A DNA stretch of 64,000 bases from Octopus vulgaris (taxonomy: Eukaryota). The notes beneath the pieces were generated by a model. The model was given only the letters and a program-made list of their open reading frames with translations, had not been told where the DNA came from and made no database searches. The DNA is taken from positions 168,702,001 to 168,766,000 of the forward strand of contig OX597816.1 in assembly GCA_951406725.2 (NCBI GenBank). The letters run 5' to 3'. How positions within the stretch are numbered: position 1 is the first letter of the stretch; every line of letters begins with the position of its first letter. Shown here one piece after another: positions 41,884 to 54,271 of this stretch. The translations under genes were made by a program, and so were the position numbers.

Positions 41884-42645
41884 TATGAGTGGGTGCCGAA
41901 AAGTTCTAGGCTTTAAGGGCATCATGAAAGGGTAGAGTTGTTACAATTACAAGGGAGGTAGGACAGCTATTTAGAAGATCTTCAAAAATCATGATAGTAT
42001 ATAATATATCTTTCTCTTTTTTGCAGATTTAACACATGATGGAAGCTCCTTCAGTGGATTTTGGTAAAACTGAAGCACAGAAGTCATGAAGTTCCTCTTT
42101 TTGCATGGCAAACAGGCAGTGAAAATCCATGGTGAGATTACGGAATCTAGAAGGATGGATGCCCATCTTATTCCATAGTGAAAATCTGGGTATCAAGGCT
42201 TCAGACTGGTCATTTTGAGGTCACAGATGAACCCCAATCAGGACAGCCAACTTCCACAACCACTGAGGACAAAGCCAATGCTGTGACATCATGATTCTTG
42301 AGGACCACTGGATTTCAGCTAAAGTCACAGCTGAGACCCTAGGGATTTCCTGCAAAAGAGCTGACCACATTAAACACAACATTCTGGACATGAGAAAGCT
42401 TTCCACAAAATGGATGTTGAAATGCCTGAACATATCTCAGCAGTGCAATAGAGTGATGACACCAGTGGTTATTTTGAACTGGTTTGCAGTGGAAGAGGCT
42501 GACTTTATGGCTTGTTTAGTCACTACAAATGAAACTTGGCTCCATCTTTATGATCCCCACACCAAGTAGCAATCAATAGAGTGTCACCACAGAGGTTCAC
42601 TGTGTCCCAAGAAATTTCAGGCCCAGAAGTTAGCCGGTAAAAAGG
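41884..42645 (+). mobile_element. Degenerate mariner (5' TIR plus N-terminal transposase)
   Basis: MRKLSTKWMLKCL and LVTTNETWLHLYDP motifs; TIR-like TATGAGTGGGTGCCGAAAAGTTC. Confidence 0.75.
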
Positions 42646-42669
42646 TTCATTATTTACATTATTTACATT

Positions 42670-43045
42670 TACAGTGCAAAGAGAGGGATTGCTCAGTGCC
42701 TAAAACATCGAGCATTGAATATAAGTAGTGATCGTGATACCCACCACGAAGAAATGATCAAGCTCAGTAACAATCTATGAAGCAACAACTACCCCAAAAG
42801 CATACTTTCCTCTCCAATTATGAACAAAAGAAAGGCTGAAACCAATAAACTGTCCACAGTCTGTCAACCCTATGTGAAAGACCTCTCAAGTAAAACCACC
42901 AATAGAAGAGAATATGACCAGGAACTGCATGTACTCCATCCCATGCAGCTGTGGTAGGTTATACAAAGGCGAAACATGCTGCCCCTCAAAATAAGGGTAG
43001 AGGAACATCGCAAAGCTGTGACAAGAGGAGATATTGATAAATATA
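42670..43045 (+). mobile_element. Penelope-like fragment (thumb plus GIY-YIG)
   Basis: MYSIPCSCGRLYKGET..LKIRVEEHRK. Confidence 0.7.
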
Positions 43046-43047
43046 GT

Positions 43048-43395
43048 CTATTGGTAGCTGGGCGTGGGGTTTGAGGGCAGAGGGCAGTAGAAGGAGGTGT
43101 CTTGAAGTTGGTGGAGAGCTTCGGTCTTGTAGAGGTCTGCGTGCCACACCACCATGGCTCCACCCTTGTCGGCCGGTTTTAAGATGATGTCAGCGCAGTG
43201 ACGGAGACATTGAAGGGCCAAGAGTTCGGCTGGGGAGATGTTTAGATGACGGGGACACCTGGAAAAGTTAAACTGGTCCAAAGCGTGCTGGCAGGTGCCC
43301 GCAAAAAGATTGACTATTTGGAACTCGCCAGGAGCTGGCGTCCACTGGGATGGTCGGCGGCCCAGGTCGGTGAAGCAGTCCTCATTAGATGCAGG
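43048..43395 (-). mobile_element. Penelope-like N-terminal fragment
   Basis: NISPAELLALQCL..IILKPADKGGAMVVW. Confidence 0.8.
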
Positions 43396-43399
43396 TGGA

Positions 43400-43720
43400 G
43401 TATCGCAAAAAAGTGAACAACATTGGGAAACGATGAAATTAATCACAATATATTTCGACAACACAGGAATTTTATTCATCAAAGTAAGTACCATTAAAAT
43501 CAACACATTTTTGTCAATGAGTTACAAGTTTGTTTACTCCAGTAAGATTAAGATCTGAAGTTCTGGAGCTGATGAACTCTTTGAATGCACTTTCAGAATC
43601 AGTTTGGTTTTTGAAGTCCATCTCTCACAGGTACATATGTGCTTTTGACGGTTTTATAGATATTTCAAAATTATGATGCTATGATGCTAGGTGTTTCAAT
43701 AATTTTGTCCAACCCCTGTA
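43400..43720 (-). mobile_element. Mariner C-terminal fragment plus a Tc1-like terminus
   Basis: FKNQTDSESAFKEFISSR..GVNKLV..QKCVDFNGTYF; ends ..TTTTGTCCAACCCCTGTA. Confidence 0.6.
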
Positions 43721-43722
43721 TG

Positions 43723-43777
<55 letters not shown>

Positions 43778-43779
<2 letters not shown>

Positions 43780-44100
43780 CGGGAAGCTTTATGAAAATAA
43801 ACAAAAGACGAAGGCAGGTGGAAAACAAACGAACAATTGTATTAGTATGGCGCTCAGGAAATATAAATAAAACAAGTCTTTAACGTTTCGAGCCTACGCT
43901 CTTCAACAGAAAGATACACAGAGAGAGAAAAACACAGAATATATATATATATATATATGGATATAGGACATCACCAACTGTATACACAACATGAAATACA
44001 AAAACAAACAAGTTAAATATGCAAACAACGAGAGAAAAAAGGAAAACAGGACAAGTAAGCATAGAGAACAATCCTTCATCAGTTGTCGGCTATCTACATT
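43778..44100 (-). mobile_element. Penelope-type terminal repeat fragments with a minimal hammerhead-like motif
   Basis: Minus strand TCTTT-CTGTTGAA-GAGCGTAGGCTC-GAAACGTT-AAAGA at ~43877-43914; CTGATGAAGG at ~44073-44082. Confidence 0.55.
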
Positions 44101-44525
44101 CAACGACAATATGGGTCTTCAAAGACAGTTGCTCCCATAAGTTCTGAAATAAAATTTAGGATTTATGGAGGGTCAAATTTGGGAACCAAAACAGGACAGT
44201 GGAAGCATAAAAAAGAAACCAAATGAAAACAAACAGGGAGGGTTGTTAAACCAGAATGAGAGGAAAATAGTGAACGGTGGGAGGAATATTTTCTTTGAAA
44301 GGAGAAAAAATAGAAGAGAGAGAAAGAAAACGTCCAGTTCTTTGAACGTCTGTGCAGGAAGGTTTGGAACAAGAGTCTGATGCTTCTAGAAGGGAAAAGA
44401 AATGTGACATGATGCCACAACATAAAATAAAAATAAGCCATTCAACTATAAAATGATTATAGTACTTATGTTTATAAAAGGAGAGAGGAAAAGAAAAGAT
44501 AGAAGAAATGACAAAAAAATCTTAC

Positions 44526-44684
44526 CTTGTCGACAGCAGCTGAATTTATAAGAGGACCCATAGTTATTCCAGGCTTCAAGCCATCACCCACCTTCAAATT
44601 AGTTTCAATGGCTTTAGCAAAAGACCTGACAAATTCATCATGAATTCCACTTTGGACAAGAAAACGATTTGCACACACACATGT
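44526..44684 (-). CDS. ALDH5A1: SSADH coding exon, 159 bp (exon 7 equivalent), carries the catalytic Cys
   Basis: AG/GTAAG boundaries; [18 protein letters not shown]...[12 protein letters not shown]. Confidence 0.95.
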
Positions 44685-45061
44685 CTGGTTGAAAATAAAA
44701 ATGCAATGCAAGATTTTCACAAATGTATACAAAACTTTAAACTTTCTAAATTTATTCAATATAAGTTGAATGGGTAATTAATATCGTTTTCTTAAATTGT
44801 ATAACAGTGATCACTAGTATTTATGGCAACATACCTGTCTAAATGCTAACCAACTTGATTGTGAAGCGGGAATAGTATCCCAAACAAATTAGATAAGCAA
44901 TGTAACATGTCTTTCCACTAAATATAATTTGATACTTATTGTACAATTTTAGAAATCATCCAATGCCTAAAACATTAAAATATTCTTCACACAATAATAA
45001 TACTAAATCTTACTTATTCTGGTAGACTGACAAATATAATATAGCACCTTACAGAATTAAA

Positions 45062-46117
45062 TTTCTAGTTTCCACTTCCTAGGTGACCAGGTCTGTAATG
45101 GGGGTGGATGGTCAGAGAGTGTTACCACTAGAATAAGAATAGCCTGGGCAAAGTTCAGAAAGCTTCTATCCCTACTAATGACAAAGGGCCTCTTGCTCAG
45201 AGTGAAAGGTAGATTGTACGATGCACATGTGTGAACTGCCATGCTTCACGGCAGTGAAACATGGGCTGTGACTACTGAGGACATGCATAGGCTCAAAGAA
45301 ATGAAGCTAGCATGATTCGCTGGATGTGTAATGTCAGTGTCCATGCACAACAGAGTGTAAGAACCCTGAAGAAAATGTTGGACATAAGAAGCATCAGATG
45401 TGGTGTGCAAGAGAGACGTTTGCATTAGTATGGTCATGTACTATGGATGGATGAGGAGAGATGTGCGAAGAAGTGCCACTCCCAAACAGTTGAAGGAATC
45501 CAGGGTAGAGGTAGACCCAGAAAGACATGGAATGAGGTGGTCAAGCATGACCTTTGAAAATTGGGCCTCACAGAGGCAATGACGAAAGACTGAGACCTCT
45601 GGAGATATGCTGTGACTGTGAAGACCCAGGAAATAAAGTGAGTTCACAGCTAAAACTTGCACTAGTGTCGCATAACCAGCCCCAGCTCATTCAAAAGTAC
45701 CTTGGATCGTAGGGTGACCTGCTGTGCTTGAGGAGATCTATTGAGTCAAGTACATCAAAATCAAAATCAAATGGAAATTGTAGTTGTGATTTCCATACCG
45801 GTGGCATGTAAAAGGCACCATCCGAATGTGGTTGATGCCAGTGCCACCTTGACCGGCTTCCATGCCGGTGGCATGTAAAAAGCACCAACCAATCATGGTC
45901 ATTGCCAGCCTCCTCTGGCCCCTATGCAGGTGGCATGTAAAAAGCACCCATTACACTCTTGGAGTGGTTGGAGTTAGGAAGGGCATCCAGCTGTAGAAAC
46001 TGCCAGATCAAACTGGAGCCTGGTGCAGCCTCCTGGCTTCCCAGACCCCAGTCAAACCGTCCAACCCATGCCAGCATGGAAAACGGACGTTAAACAATGA
46101 CGATGATGATGATGATG
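45062..46117 (+). mobile_element. RTE LINE 3' end (ORF C-terminus, 3' UTR, (GAT)n tail); source of family D fragments
   Basis: FLGDQV..RIRIAWAKFR, LHGSETW, GRGRPRKTW; UTR with repeated GGTGGCATGTAAAAAGCACC. Confidence 0.9.
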
Positions 46118-46741
46118 AAACCCACTGAGATATAACATTTTCCTTTTTTTTGAATCAATCAAAGGCCTTCAAATTTTAACCTTGTGTCTAAGGTGAAATC
46201 AGTAATTTCTGTTTTAAACAAGTTCTTTTTCATAAACAAGATGTTACCATCAAGTTGACTCAGTCCAAGCATATGACTGATATTTACTTTCCAAGAGATA
46301 CAAGAGGCAAAATTAAATGACAACTAGGTTTTGTTAGTCATGAGGCTATTTTTCATATACTTATTTTTCATATCAAGTGCAAATTTCCATCTGCATCATA
46401 TCAATAAAATAATCAGGACAGCAAAAATAATAATTACACATACTGAAAAAGTATTCCTTTACCATACCCCTCTCTATACACAAACAACACTCAACTAAAG
46501 CCTTTGTACTCGTGACAATTGCAGATAGCCTCTCATGCCAAGTGCACATAGATATCATTATGCAAGCTGAATAGCTGAATACTTGAAACCGGTTGGATCA
46601 AAGACTTAAGCTAAAAGCATTAAGCCCCTGGGCAAGGAAAACGAATGTGCTTATACAAAGAAACAACAAATAGAAAGGGTCTTTTGACTATCAGATGAAT
46701 GTAACATAAGAAATAGAATTATACATATAAAATGGACTTTG

Positions 46742-46972
46742 TGTGTATATATACACACACATATATATATATATACACACATATATACACACACACACAC
46801 ATATATATATACACACACATATATATACACATACACATATATATATACACATTATACATACACATATACATATATATATACACATATACATATACACACA
46901 TATATATACTTACATATATACATCTTCCAATAATATATATATACACATATATATACATATATATATACATAC

Positions 46973-47043
<71 letters not shown>

Positions 47044-47090
47044 AAAAAAAAAAAACACATATAAATATATACATATATATATATACATAT
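46742..47090. repeat. (TA)/(CA) compound microsatellite
   Basis: Direct inspection. Confidence 0.95.
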
Positions 47091-49076
47091 ATATATGAAT
47101 AAATAAATAAATGGAGTTGAACGAAGATGCTAACAAAATTCCTTTACTCTCAACATATGTTTCGAAGACAACATGGTTTTATTCCAAAGGAATAAATGCT
47201 GTAAGATGCAATCTTCTCATCAGGCTTGCGCATCGTTTTTCACGATGAGTTAACTAAAGCCAACTTCTTAGACATTACCCTCAATTTACAGAATAACTCA
47301 TACTTCCCATATCATAAACCTTCCACAAATCTTAAGTATATTAGTCTTTACAGTAATCACGCTAGGGCAGTTACCGATAACTTAGTCAAAAACATATCTC
47401 TTAGACTGTCTAAATTATCTGCCAATGTTGACATTTTTAACCAAAAGGCAGACTTCTATAACACCGCCTTGTTAAAAGCTGGCTATAAAGAGAAAGCATC
47501 ATACATCGATTCTGCTCATTCTAGACCTACATCTGCTTCTCCAGATAAAATAGATATTTGTAATAGGAATAGTGATTTTAATTCTAATAGTGTAAGAGCC
47601 CAATACATAATATAAATTCTTTACGGACCAGGGGAAGTAAGCGCTATTTAACCCCGAATTTCCAACCCAGAAATTTCCCCCCTACTTTTACAAATAACAC
47701 TACGTACAATTCAAAAGTCACTAAGAATAGTATCTGGTTCATAATCCCTTTCGGAAAACAAATTAAATCGAACCTTCCCTTGCAGTTCTGTGAAGCTGTT
47801 GCTAGGAACTTTCCCAAAAAGTCTAGATATTATTCAATTATCAATTCCCACATAGTTAGACTCGCTTTCTCTAACACTAGAAATCTTTCACAAATTATAT
47901 CTTCTCACAATACCAAGCTGCTAAATAAAGGTTTTTCACCCGGGAGTTCCAGCATTAATCTTGCTAACTCCAACCCCTCATACAATTATAATAATAAGAA
48001 TAGTATTAATAATAATAGTAACGGTAATAGTGATGGTGATAACAATGATAATAGTAATAGTAATAGTCGTGTTAATAACAATGGTAATGTTAATAATAAT
48101 AATAATAATAACGGTATTATTGTTGATAGTATTATTAGTTGTATTAACAATAATAATACTAATAATAATAGGAATAGTGTTGTTAGTGGTGGTAATAATA
48201 ATAGTAACAACAATCATAGCAATAAAAATTTCGTTTCGATCTCGGAGGACAACACCAACAGAATTAAATTTTTGTCTAATAATTCTAAGATTAAGAATTC
48301 TATATACCAGTGTAAAATTTCTTCTGGTACCGATGTCTTCTTCTATATAGGTGCGTCCACTTCCCAGTTATCCAAGAGAATTTCAAACCATTATTCATCA
48401 TTTAGGGATAGTAAAAAATGACATAGTACAGTGCTAAGTAAATTAGTTTGGTGTCTTAAAGACAATAATATAGATTTTAAGTTAGATTGGTTCATACTGT
48501 CTGTATCCTTTCCTTTTGATAAAGACAGGAGATTTTGTAACATTTGCAACTCTGAACTCTTCCTATTTTCTCTTCTCTAAGGATCCCTTTGTAAACACAC
48601 TTATAGAGAAATCGTACAAATGTAAACACAGGTAGAAACATACTTTTTACTCATATAAATGATTTCGATAGTCATTATAGTTTGAACAATTAGTTTAATG
48701 TGCACTCCACTTCAATAGAGAAATCCATTCCTAAGCCTTTGAACATTCTTTTAATCAACGTACCCCTCCCTCTCTATTTGTTCCCTATTTATTATTCCTT
48801 TAACCCTTCTCTTCCTACTATCTAACTTTGACGTCAATTCTACTAACGGTTTTTTTAAACACTTATTAATGTTTTGTTTATCATGTAGGCAGTCATCATA
48901 ATTGTTATAATGTCTTGTTGTCGAGTGAGGCTCCCTTTCTTTCCTGATGAGGAGATTGCATCTTACACCGTTTATTCCTTTGGAATAAAACCATGTTGTC
49001 TTTGAAACATATGTCAAGAGTAAAGGAATTTTATTAACATCTTCGTTCAACTCCATTTATTTATTTATTCATATAT
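47091..49076 (+). mobile_element. 5'-truncated Penelope-like element with inverted pseudo-LTRs (~134 bp)
   Basis: ANFLDITLNL..YHKP..YISLYSNH (RT thumb); SIYQC..FYIGAST..RISNH (GIY-YIG); arms at 47091-47224 and 48943-49076. Confidence 0.9.
48933..49026 (+). ncRNA. Type I hammerhead ribozyme motif in the PLE pseudo-LTR
   Basis: CTGATGA (48944-48950), extended stem II, GAAA (49004-49007), palindromic stem III ACATATGT, GTC cleavage triplet (49013-49015), stem I CTTTC/AAGAG. Confidence 0.7.
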
Positions 49077-49251
49077 AACACACAAATTTCTGCACATGAA
49101 CCTGGAGTTTCTACCTTTGGATAGGTCGCTTCAACCGTGTTTCTGATGTGAATTTGCTACCCTGGTATTGGTTCATCGAATTTTCCATGTTGACGGTAAA
49201 CATAGGATAATTCATTCACCTATCGATATATACATATATATATATACATAC

Positions 49252-49304
<53 letters not shown>

Positions 49305-49305
<1 letters not shown>

Positions 49306-50351
49306 CATCATCATTTAACGTCCGCTTTCCATGCTAGCATGGGTTGGACGGTTCAACTGGTGTCTGGGGAGCCCGAAGGCTGCACCAGGCCAGTCAGATC
49401 TGGCAGTGTTTCTACAGCTGGATGCCCTTCCTAACGCCAACCACTCCGAGAGTGTAGTGGGTGATTTTATGTGCCACCGACACAGGTGCCAGACGAGGCT
49501 GGCGAACGGCCACGCTCGGATGGTGTTTTTATGTGCCACCAACACAGGTGCCAGACAAGGCTGGCAGACGACCACGCTCGGATGGTGTTTTTTTATGTGC
49601 CACCGACACAGGTGCCAGACGAGGCTGGCGAACGGCCACGCTCGGATGGTGTTTTTATGTGCCACCGACACAGGTGCCAGACAAGGCTGGCAGACGACCA
49701 CGCTCAGATGGTGTTTTTATGTGCCACCGACACAGGTGCCAGACGAGGCTGGCGAACGGCCACGCTCGGATGGTGTTTTTATGTGCCACCGACACAGGTG
49801 CCAGACGAGGCTAGCAGACGACCACGCTCGGATGGTGTTTTTTTATGTGCCACCGACACAGGTGCCAGACGAGGCTGGCGAACGGCCACGCTCGGATGGT
49901 GTTTTTATGTGCCACCGACACAGGTGCCAGACAAGGCTGGCAGACGACCACGCTCGGATGGTGTTTTTTTTATGTGCCACCGACACAGGTGCCAGACGAG
50001 GCTGGCGAACGACCATGCTCGGATGGTGTTTTTATGTGCCACCGACACAGGTGCCAGACAAGGCTGGCAGACGACCACGCTCGGATGGTGTTTTTATGTG
50101 CCACCGACACAGGTGCCAGACAAGGCTGGCAAACGACCACGCTCGGATGGTGTTTTTTTTTTTTTATGTGCCACCGACACAGGTGCCAGACAAGGCTAGC
50201 GAACGGCCACGCTCGGATGGTGTTTTTTATGTGCCACCGACACAGGTGCCAGACGAGGCTGGCGAACGGCCACGCTCGGATGGTGTTTTTTTTATGTGCC
50301 ACCGACACAGGTGCCAGACAAGGCTAGCAGACGACCACGCTCGGATGGTGT

Positions 50352-50357
<6 letters not shown>
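49305..50357 (-). mobile_element. RTE 3' UTR fragment (family D) containing a 14 x ~62-bp tandem array (49468-50357)
   Basis: (CAT)n tail and GGATGCCCTTCCTAACGCCAACCACTCC as in other family D copies; unit TATGTGCCACCGACACAGGTGCCAGAC...CGCTCGGATGGTG(T)n. Confidence 0.9.
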
Positions 50358-50390
<33 letters not shown>

Positions 50391-51028
50391 CACACACATA
50401 TATATACATATACATATATTACAACTGGCTTATCCAACAGAGAATGTTTCAAGCTACTTTTCAGCACCCCTTCGTATATACATATACCCCCCCCACACAC
50501 ACACACATACATACACACACCAACTAACTGTTCACCCTGTAAAGTGATTGGCTACATGAGTACTATTCAACCACTGTTGTGTTGGTGTTTACAAGAAAAT
50601 ACACCCAATACTCTCTCTAAATTTACTAGCATTAGAAGTGCATCCAGCCATAGAAATTAAGCTAAATGACACATATGCGGATCTAGTGTTTGGCTGAGTG
50701 GTTTCAAATGGGATGTGACTCAGATCATAAAGAGTCATTCAACCTATTTACTAACATAGAAGGCAGTCATAAAAACGATGATGATGATGATGTATATATG
50801 TATGTATGTTTATCATTTTGATATACTTCCTGTTGCTGATTTTTAATCCTGCATGTCTGCTTTTCAAGTGTGGTGGTATGTCCCATTGGTCTATGAATAT
50901 CTTTGTGGTATTTATGTACTGCGAGCAGGATTTCCTGTATGTTATGAGGCTTTTTTTCATGGTGATACTGAACTAAATTTTAATGAGGGAAAAGTGAAAG
51001 AATTTAGAAGAATGCCTTAGTTTCTCAC

Positions 51029-51172
51029 CTGACCAGAACAACGGAATTTACATGCCATAGCTCCACTGATAGCTTTATCAATATCAGCACTATTAAATAC
51101 AATAAATGCAGCATTTCCACCAAGTTCAAGAGATAATCTTTTCACTGTTGATGCTGAATTTAACAACAATTT
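51029..51172 (-). CDS. ALDH5A1: SSADH coding exon, 144 bp (exon 6 equivalent)
   Basis: AG/GTGAG boundaries; [48 protein letters not shown] (general-base Glu in LELGG). Confidence 0.95.
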
Positions 51173-51329
51173 CTATAATGATGAAAAAAAGCATTTATTT
51201 CAAAGAGAGTATGTTTAATTTCAAAAAATACAGCTTCAAATTTGTTTTGCTATACACAAAAGAGCAGAAATGATTAACCATATATCAAGTTCATTTATTG
51301 ACAGGTTGAAAGTTGGTGAAAGTAATTCA

Positions 51330-51497
51330 AAGGGCTAGATTTGTCACATTCTGTGTCACGCTAAATCTCCCAGAGAACTAGGTTATGGGTACATATGTCT
51401 GTGGAGTACTCAGCCACTTGCATGTTAATTTTACAAGCAGGTTGTTCCATTGATCAAATCAACTGGAACACACACCATCATAACCAACGGAGTGCCA
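51330..51497 (+). mobile_element. SINE tail type 2 fragment
   Basis: Matches 12345-12512. Confidence 0.75.
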
Positions 51498-51579
51498 GCT
51501 GTTTCGTTGAACGTTTGTTGCAGCACTTTCAAAATGGTGTGTAATTTTCTGTATCACTTTCATTTCCTTTTCTGGAGTT

Positions 51580-51880
51580 CTCTCTCTCTCTATCCACTCA
51601 GTCAAAGTCGACTCTCGGTCACTTGTTGGATCAGTGTCCTCCAGTCAGTTCTATCCTGGGCTGCTTCCTTCAGATTGGCCATGTCCATTCCAGTATCACT
51701 CCTGATGGTGTCAAACCAGCGGGTTCTTGGTCGGCCTCTTCCTCTCTTGCCACTGACCATTCCAAGCATGATGTCCTTCTCCAGGGATTCTCTCTGCATA
51801 ATATGACCAAAATATGCCAATCTACGCTTGGTGATCCCAGCTTCTAGCGACATTTTCAGCCTTATCTGCTTAAGAACTTC
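51580..51880 (-). mobile_element. RTE/BovB-like LINE C-terminal fragment
   Basis: LAYFGHIMQRESLEKDIMLGMVSGKRGRGRPRTRWFD. Confidence 0.88.
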
Positions 51881-52167
51881 TTGTTTTTTGGAGTTACTTT
51901 CCTTTAATTAGGTTCCCATTTTTTTCTCCAGTACCAGCAATTAAAACAGTTTGACTGAACCACATACAAAAAAATGATTAAGTACGATGTTTCTTGAATT
52001 TTGTAAACCTTCGTTAAATGTAATATTTTCAGTATTTTAAACCATCAGCAATTTTCACGAAGGAAGATCATGCTTGTAAACACCTTTTATTGTAGAAATA
52101 AGAAACATTTTTAATAATTTTTTTTTACACTGGAGAAGAAATTTATTTTGAAAATATTTTTTTTGAA

Positions 52168-52327
52168 GTGAGGGTGTGGCTGTGTGGTAAGAAGCTTGTT
52201 TCCCAATCACATGGTTCGGGGTTCAGTCCTACTAAGTGGCACTTTGAGCAAGTGTCTTCTACTATAGTCTCAGGCCAACTAAAACCTTGTGAGTGGATTT
52301 GATAGACAGAAATTAAAACAAACCCAT

Positions 52328-52340
<13 letters not shown>
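52168..52340 (+). mobile_element. SINE family A, 5' half, degenerate
   Basis: Family similarity. Confidence 0.75.
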
Positions 52341-52372
<32 letters not shown>

Positions 52373-52499
52373 CAGCAAATATAGGCAGGTTCTTATGACA
52401 GTTGAAAATTTCATAAGACAACACTTGGTCTGTCTATTGGTTTATTACCACTAAAATACACTTTGTAAAATGCAGACACGAGGAAATTTTGCTCTTTGT

Positions 52500-53850
52500 A
52501 TTTATACAATTTCTAGAGGTTCATAGGTTCTTTAAAAGATAAAATTTTTTAAGTGAGCACAGGGAACATATTTTTGATCCATTAATACAAAGTCTTGTCT
52601 AAGAAACAGTCTTCAAGTCGATGGGGTAGTTAATGTTTGCGTCCTTAAGTTTCCAGATTAATACTGAGAGTATTGTTGTGTCTCTTCTCAGGGTGCCTAA
52701 AGGAAGGAAAATGGGTGTATCTGGATTTAAATTTTCCTTCCATGGATCCTATATAATGTTTGGTCTCTGATTGGCCGGTGTCATAATTTGTAGTTACTTG
52801 TGCTTCATAAACAACTGAAGAAGTTTTGCATGCTTGTCCAAGAGGACATTTGGACTTATTTCTGCAAGTGCATCCAGGACTGGTCAAAGTCAGCAGTTGT
52901 ATGTTGATATACTTCTTTACCTTAGTGGGACAGAAATATGTAAGTTTAATTTTAAGTCTATTAAATATTTTATCATTGGGAACGTGATTATCTAATAAGA
53001 GCAAGAATCTTCTACATGTACATGCCTTAACATTTAGGGAGAAGGGCAAGGCAAACATAAAATACAGCAGGATCTATTCTTACAAGATATTTGAAAAGAG
53101 GAATATTATGAAAGATTTTATCAGCAAAGTTATTATTTTGTTAAGCCTTTATTTATATGGGAATGCCTTTTCAAATATTTCTCTAGTTGAAGAAAGATAT
53201 GTGATTCTATAACTAGTGTTATGAATTAAGTTCTTAAATATAACAGGAGTGTGGCAAGTGTGTTTATTAATATATTTTAGGTTTACTTTGGGTTTATAGT
53301 AGGGTTTATAGGAATTAGCCGTAAGGTCTAAAGAAACATCTAAAAAGTCGATCCTAGTTGGGTTAGTGTGGAAATTAACTGTTTTCTGAAAGAATCCATA
53401 GCATGGTCATCATGTTGTATGACACTGTGAAAGCATCATTCCAGGGTACAATAATGCCATGATTGAGGAATTTTGAATTTAAACGGTTTTAATATGTATA
53501 AACCAACCAAACCACATATATCTGCACTGTCATACAAACCTATTGGGACATCAAATAGGTCACAAGTGCTATCTTTTCCGATCTGAATATATCCACCACT
53601 GCATGATAGTATTTCACATGCTTGCATAATCAGGCTTATTTCTTGTTCATTGGTGGTTACAAACTGACAGGTAAGTTCCAGCGTATCAAGATATCACCAA
53701 GAAACCATTGGTCCATAGAAACAAGTTAGAGGATTCCTTAATTTCATTATCAAAATCTCTTTAAAATGTTTTTGCTCATTAAAACTAGCTGAGTCTCAGC
53801 AGGGTTAATTAGCCTGCATTTAGGTCTATCATAAAAGTCAGGTTCATGGT
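52500..53850 (-). mobile_element. Degenerate Penelope-like element (RT, Cys knuckle, GIY-YIG)
   Basis: FDVPIGLYDSADICGLVGLY; CTCRNKSKCPLGQAC; VVYEAQV..HYIGSMEG. Confidence 0.85.
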
Positions 53851-53881
53851 CTTTCAGTGTAATGAAAGCTTCCCTAATATA

Positions 53882-54271
53882 ACTCTTTTACTTGTTTCAG
53901 TCATTTGACTGCGGCCATGCTGGAGCACCACCTTTAGTCGAGCAAATCGATCCCGGGACTTATTCTTTGTAAGCCCAGTACTTATTCTATCGGTCTCTTT
54001 TGCTGAACCACTAAGTGACGGGGACGTAAACACACCAGCATCGGTTGTCAATCAATGCTAGGGGGACAAACACAAACACACACATATATATATATATACA
54101 TGTATACGACAGGCTTCTTTCAGTTTCCGTCTACCAAATCCACTCACAAGGCATTGGTCGGCCCAGGGCTAAAGCAGAAGACACTTGCCCAAGATGCCAC
54201 GCAGTGGGACTGAACCCGGAACCATGTGGTTGGTAAGCAAGCTACTTACCACACAGCCACTCCTGCGCCTA
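53882..54271 (-). mobile_element. SINE family A
   Basis: Family similarity. Confidence 0.9.

Noticed and set aside
49468-50357. CRISPR-like array or repetitive protein (ORFs of 398, 242 and 160 aa)
   Set aside because: No unique spacers, no cas genes, eukaryotic context; the unit derives from the RTE 3' UTR.
41884-50477. Composite mariner enclosing exon 7 (TIR-like ends at 41884 and ~50450-50477)
   Set aside because: The ends are diverged from each other and the exon is in its ancestral position and phase; independent remnants are more parsimonious.
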